Shown one piece after another: positions 62,651 to 64,000 of a stretch of DNA of 64,000 nt (its first letter is position 1; the number at the start of each line of letters is the position of its first letter). The stretch covers positions 20,584,001 to 20,648,000 of the forward strand of contig JBHGNT010000002.1 in NCBI GenBank assembly GCA_043228905.1, in the 5' to 3' direction. A program made the translations under genes and the position numbers. The notes under the pieces were generated by a model. It was not told where the DNA came from. It did no database searches and saw only the letters and a list, made by a program, of their open reading frames with translations. Origin of the DNA: Azolla caroliniana (taxonomy: Eukaryota; Plantae; Polypodiophyta).

Positions 62651-64000
62651 TATGCTAAATCAAATGAAACATAAAACAAAAGTTCAATGTAGATGACCCA
62701 TCAATATATTGGGGACATCAAACATGTGCATGTGGATTATTTATTTATTTATTTCAAAAAAAATATCCTCCATTGGTATTAAAGAAGTCAATATACAAAA
62801 CAACCCACTATTACAATGAATATTGCAACATATTTAAGTAGAAAACTCTTGAAAAGTCATATAGCATCAGCAATCCAGCCACATCAAACATGTGCATGTG
62901 GAATTTGATGTGGTTTTATGTAACTTGGTTATATCGCAAAAGTTGAGGTCTTCATTCTTAAGTTGAAATTAACATTGCTTTGTGATAAATATATTTCTAA
63001 TGTGTAACGTTTCATTAAGTGGATGCCAATATTCATGTCAATGTGCCCATGTGATTGGGTATCCGAAGCATCCAAGTTGTGTTGTTCCTTTATTAAAATA
63101 GAATGCCACATTTGACTTGATACAAGACAAGTACGACAAATTGATGCATATGTTTCCTGTTTAATGATACATATAGAACTCTAGAAAAAGTGTGAAATCA
63201 ATTACCCTCCCATCTATAGTGCTCCCTTAGAGTTAGAATATTCACTTGACCTCCACATAAGAGTCGTGTATCATGGGACTTCACTACAAATTATAAATTA
63301 AACTTTGTGAAATGGCATACAAATTTGCCATGGTTTTTTGTTGCCATTAATAAAAACACAAAAAAATCATTTTCAGTCAAGGGATAGGGATAAGGACAAT
63401 TACTTCACGATGACATTTCTTCAATTAGTTTAGAATAAAATAAAATATCCACATAAGCCACAACAGTTGTATTTTGCTTGTCATGCTCTACCTTCTCCAA
63501 CTTACATATTGCAATACAAGATAGAAATATGAGAAATTCATTTGATATTGTGTTTTAGATCAACTAATGTTAATTTTTTGGCTTGTCCACGGTCAAACCA
63601 AAATGAGCTTTCAATCAATCAAATGAATCTTTTTAGGATTCAGGATAGAGGGGAATTATTCTGAAACACTTATCTTGCATGAGATTAGCATAAGATATTT
63701 TCCAAACATCACTTTTAAATGGTTTTTGGTAAAAAGAGTCTGATTGCCATATAACGGGAATTTTATTGTGTCAATGAATAGAAAAGTTGAAGAATGTATC
63801 AAAATCGGGATTTTAAACTAGGTCTTTAAGACATTTGATATAAATAGGTAAGCCCACTCTATTTCTACACTTTGTGGAAGAAGAGTCATTTGTGTCTGCC
63901 ACATGTGAGCTCTCCTCAAACCTTGGTTGATTGATTATTTTAGAGATTTTTAGCAAACAATTATGCTTGCTAAAACAATTCGGGTTGTTTTTTTTCCCAA

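Overview
Eukaryotic land-plant nuclear DNA. It is probably a fern or other seed-free vascular plant; this is an inference from the PLS-PPR style, the fungal-type chromovirus, the (GA)n/(CA)n richness and the gene density. I can support eight protein genes: CRR7, a secreted single-domain Gnk2/DUF26 protein, an RLCK-VII/PBL kinase, an APO1-like protein, SPT16, a PLS-class PPR and two tandem LRK10L/WAKL receptor kinases. All except Gnk2 lie on the minus strand. The intergenic space holds nested TEs: a near-complete Ty1/copia inside an older LTR inside a LINE; a LINE inside a hAT MITE inside a fold-back element; an integrase-only chromovirus with two LTRs; and several degraded remnants and tandem arrays. 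The most novel-looking signal is the chromovirus LTR design. It carries an antisense tRNA-like Pol III A/B-box module about 30 bp from the LTR start, seen in three separate elements, followed by an array of heat-shock elements ahead of the TATA box. Other notable signals are a conserved hairpin enclosing the copia PPT/LTR junction, (GA)n-associated LINE insertions, a five-W-box array upstream of one receptor kinase, and strong GC3 asymmetry between the two kinase paralogues. There is a 100-N assembly gap at 17642-17741. All calls were made by eye, with no searches run.
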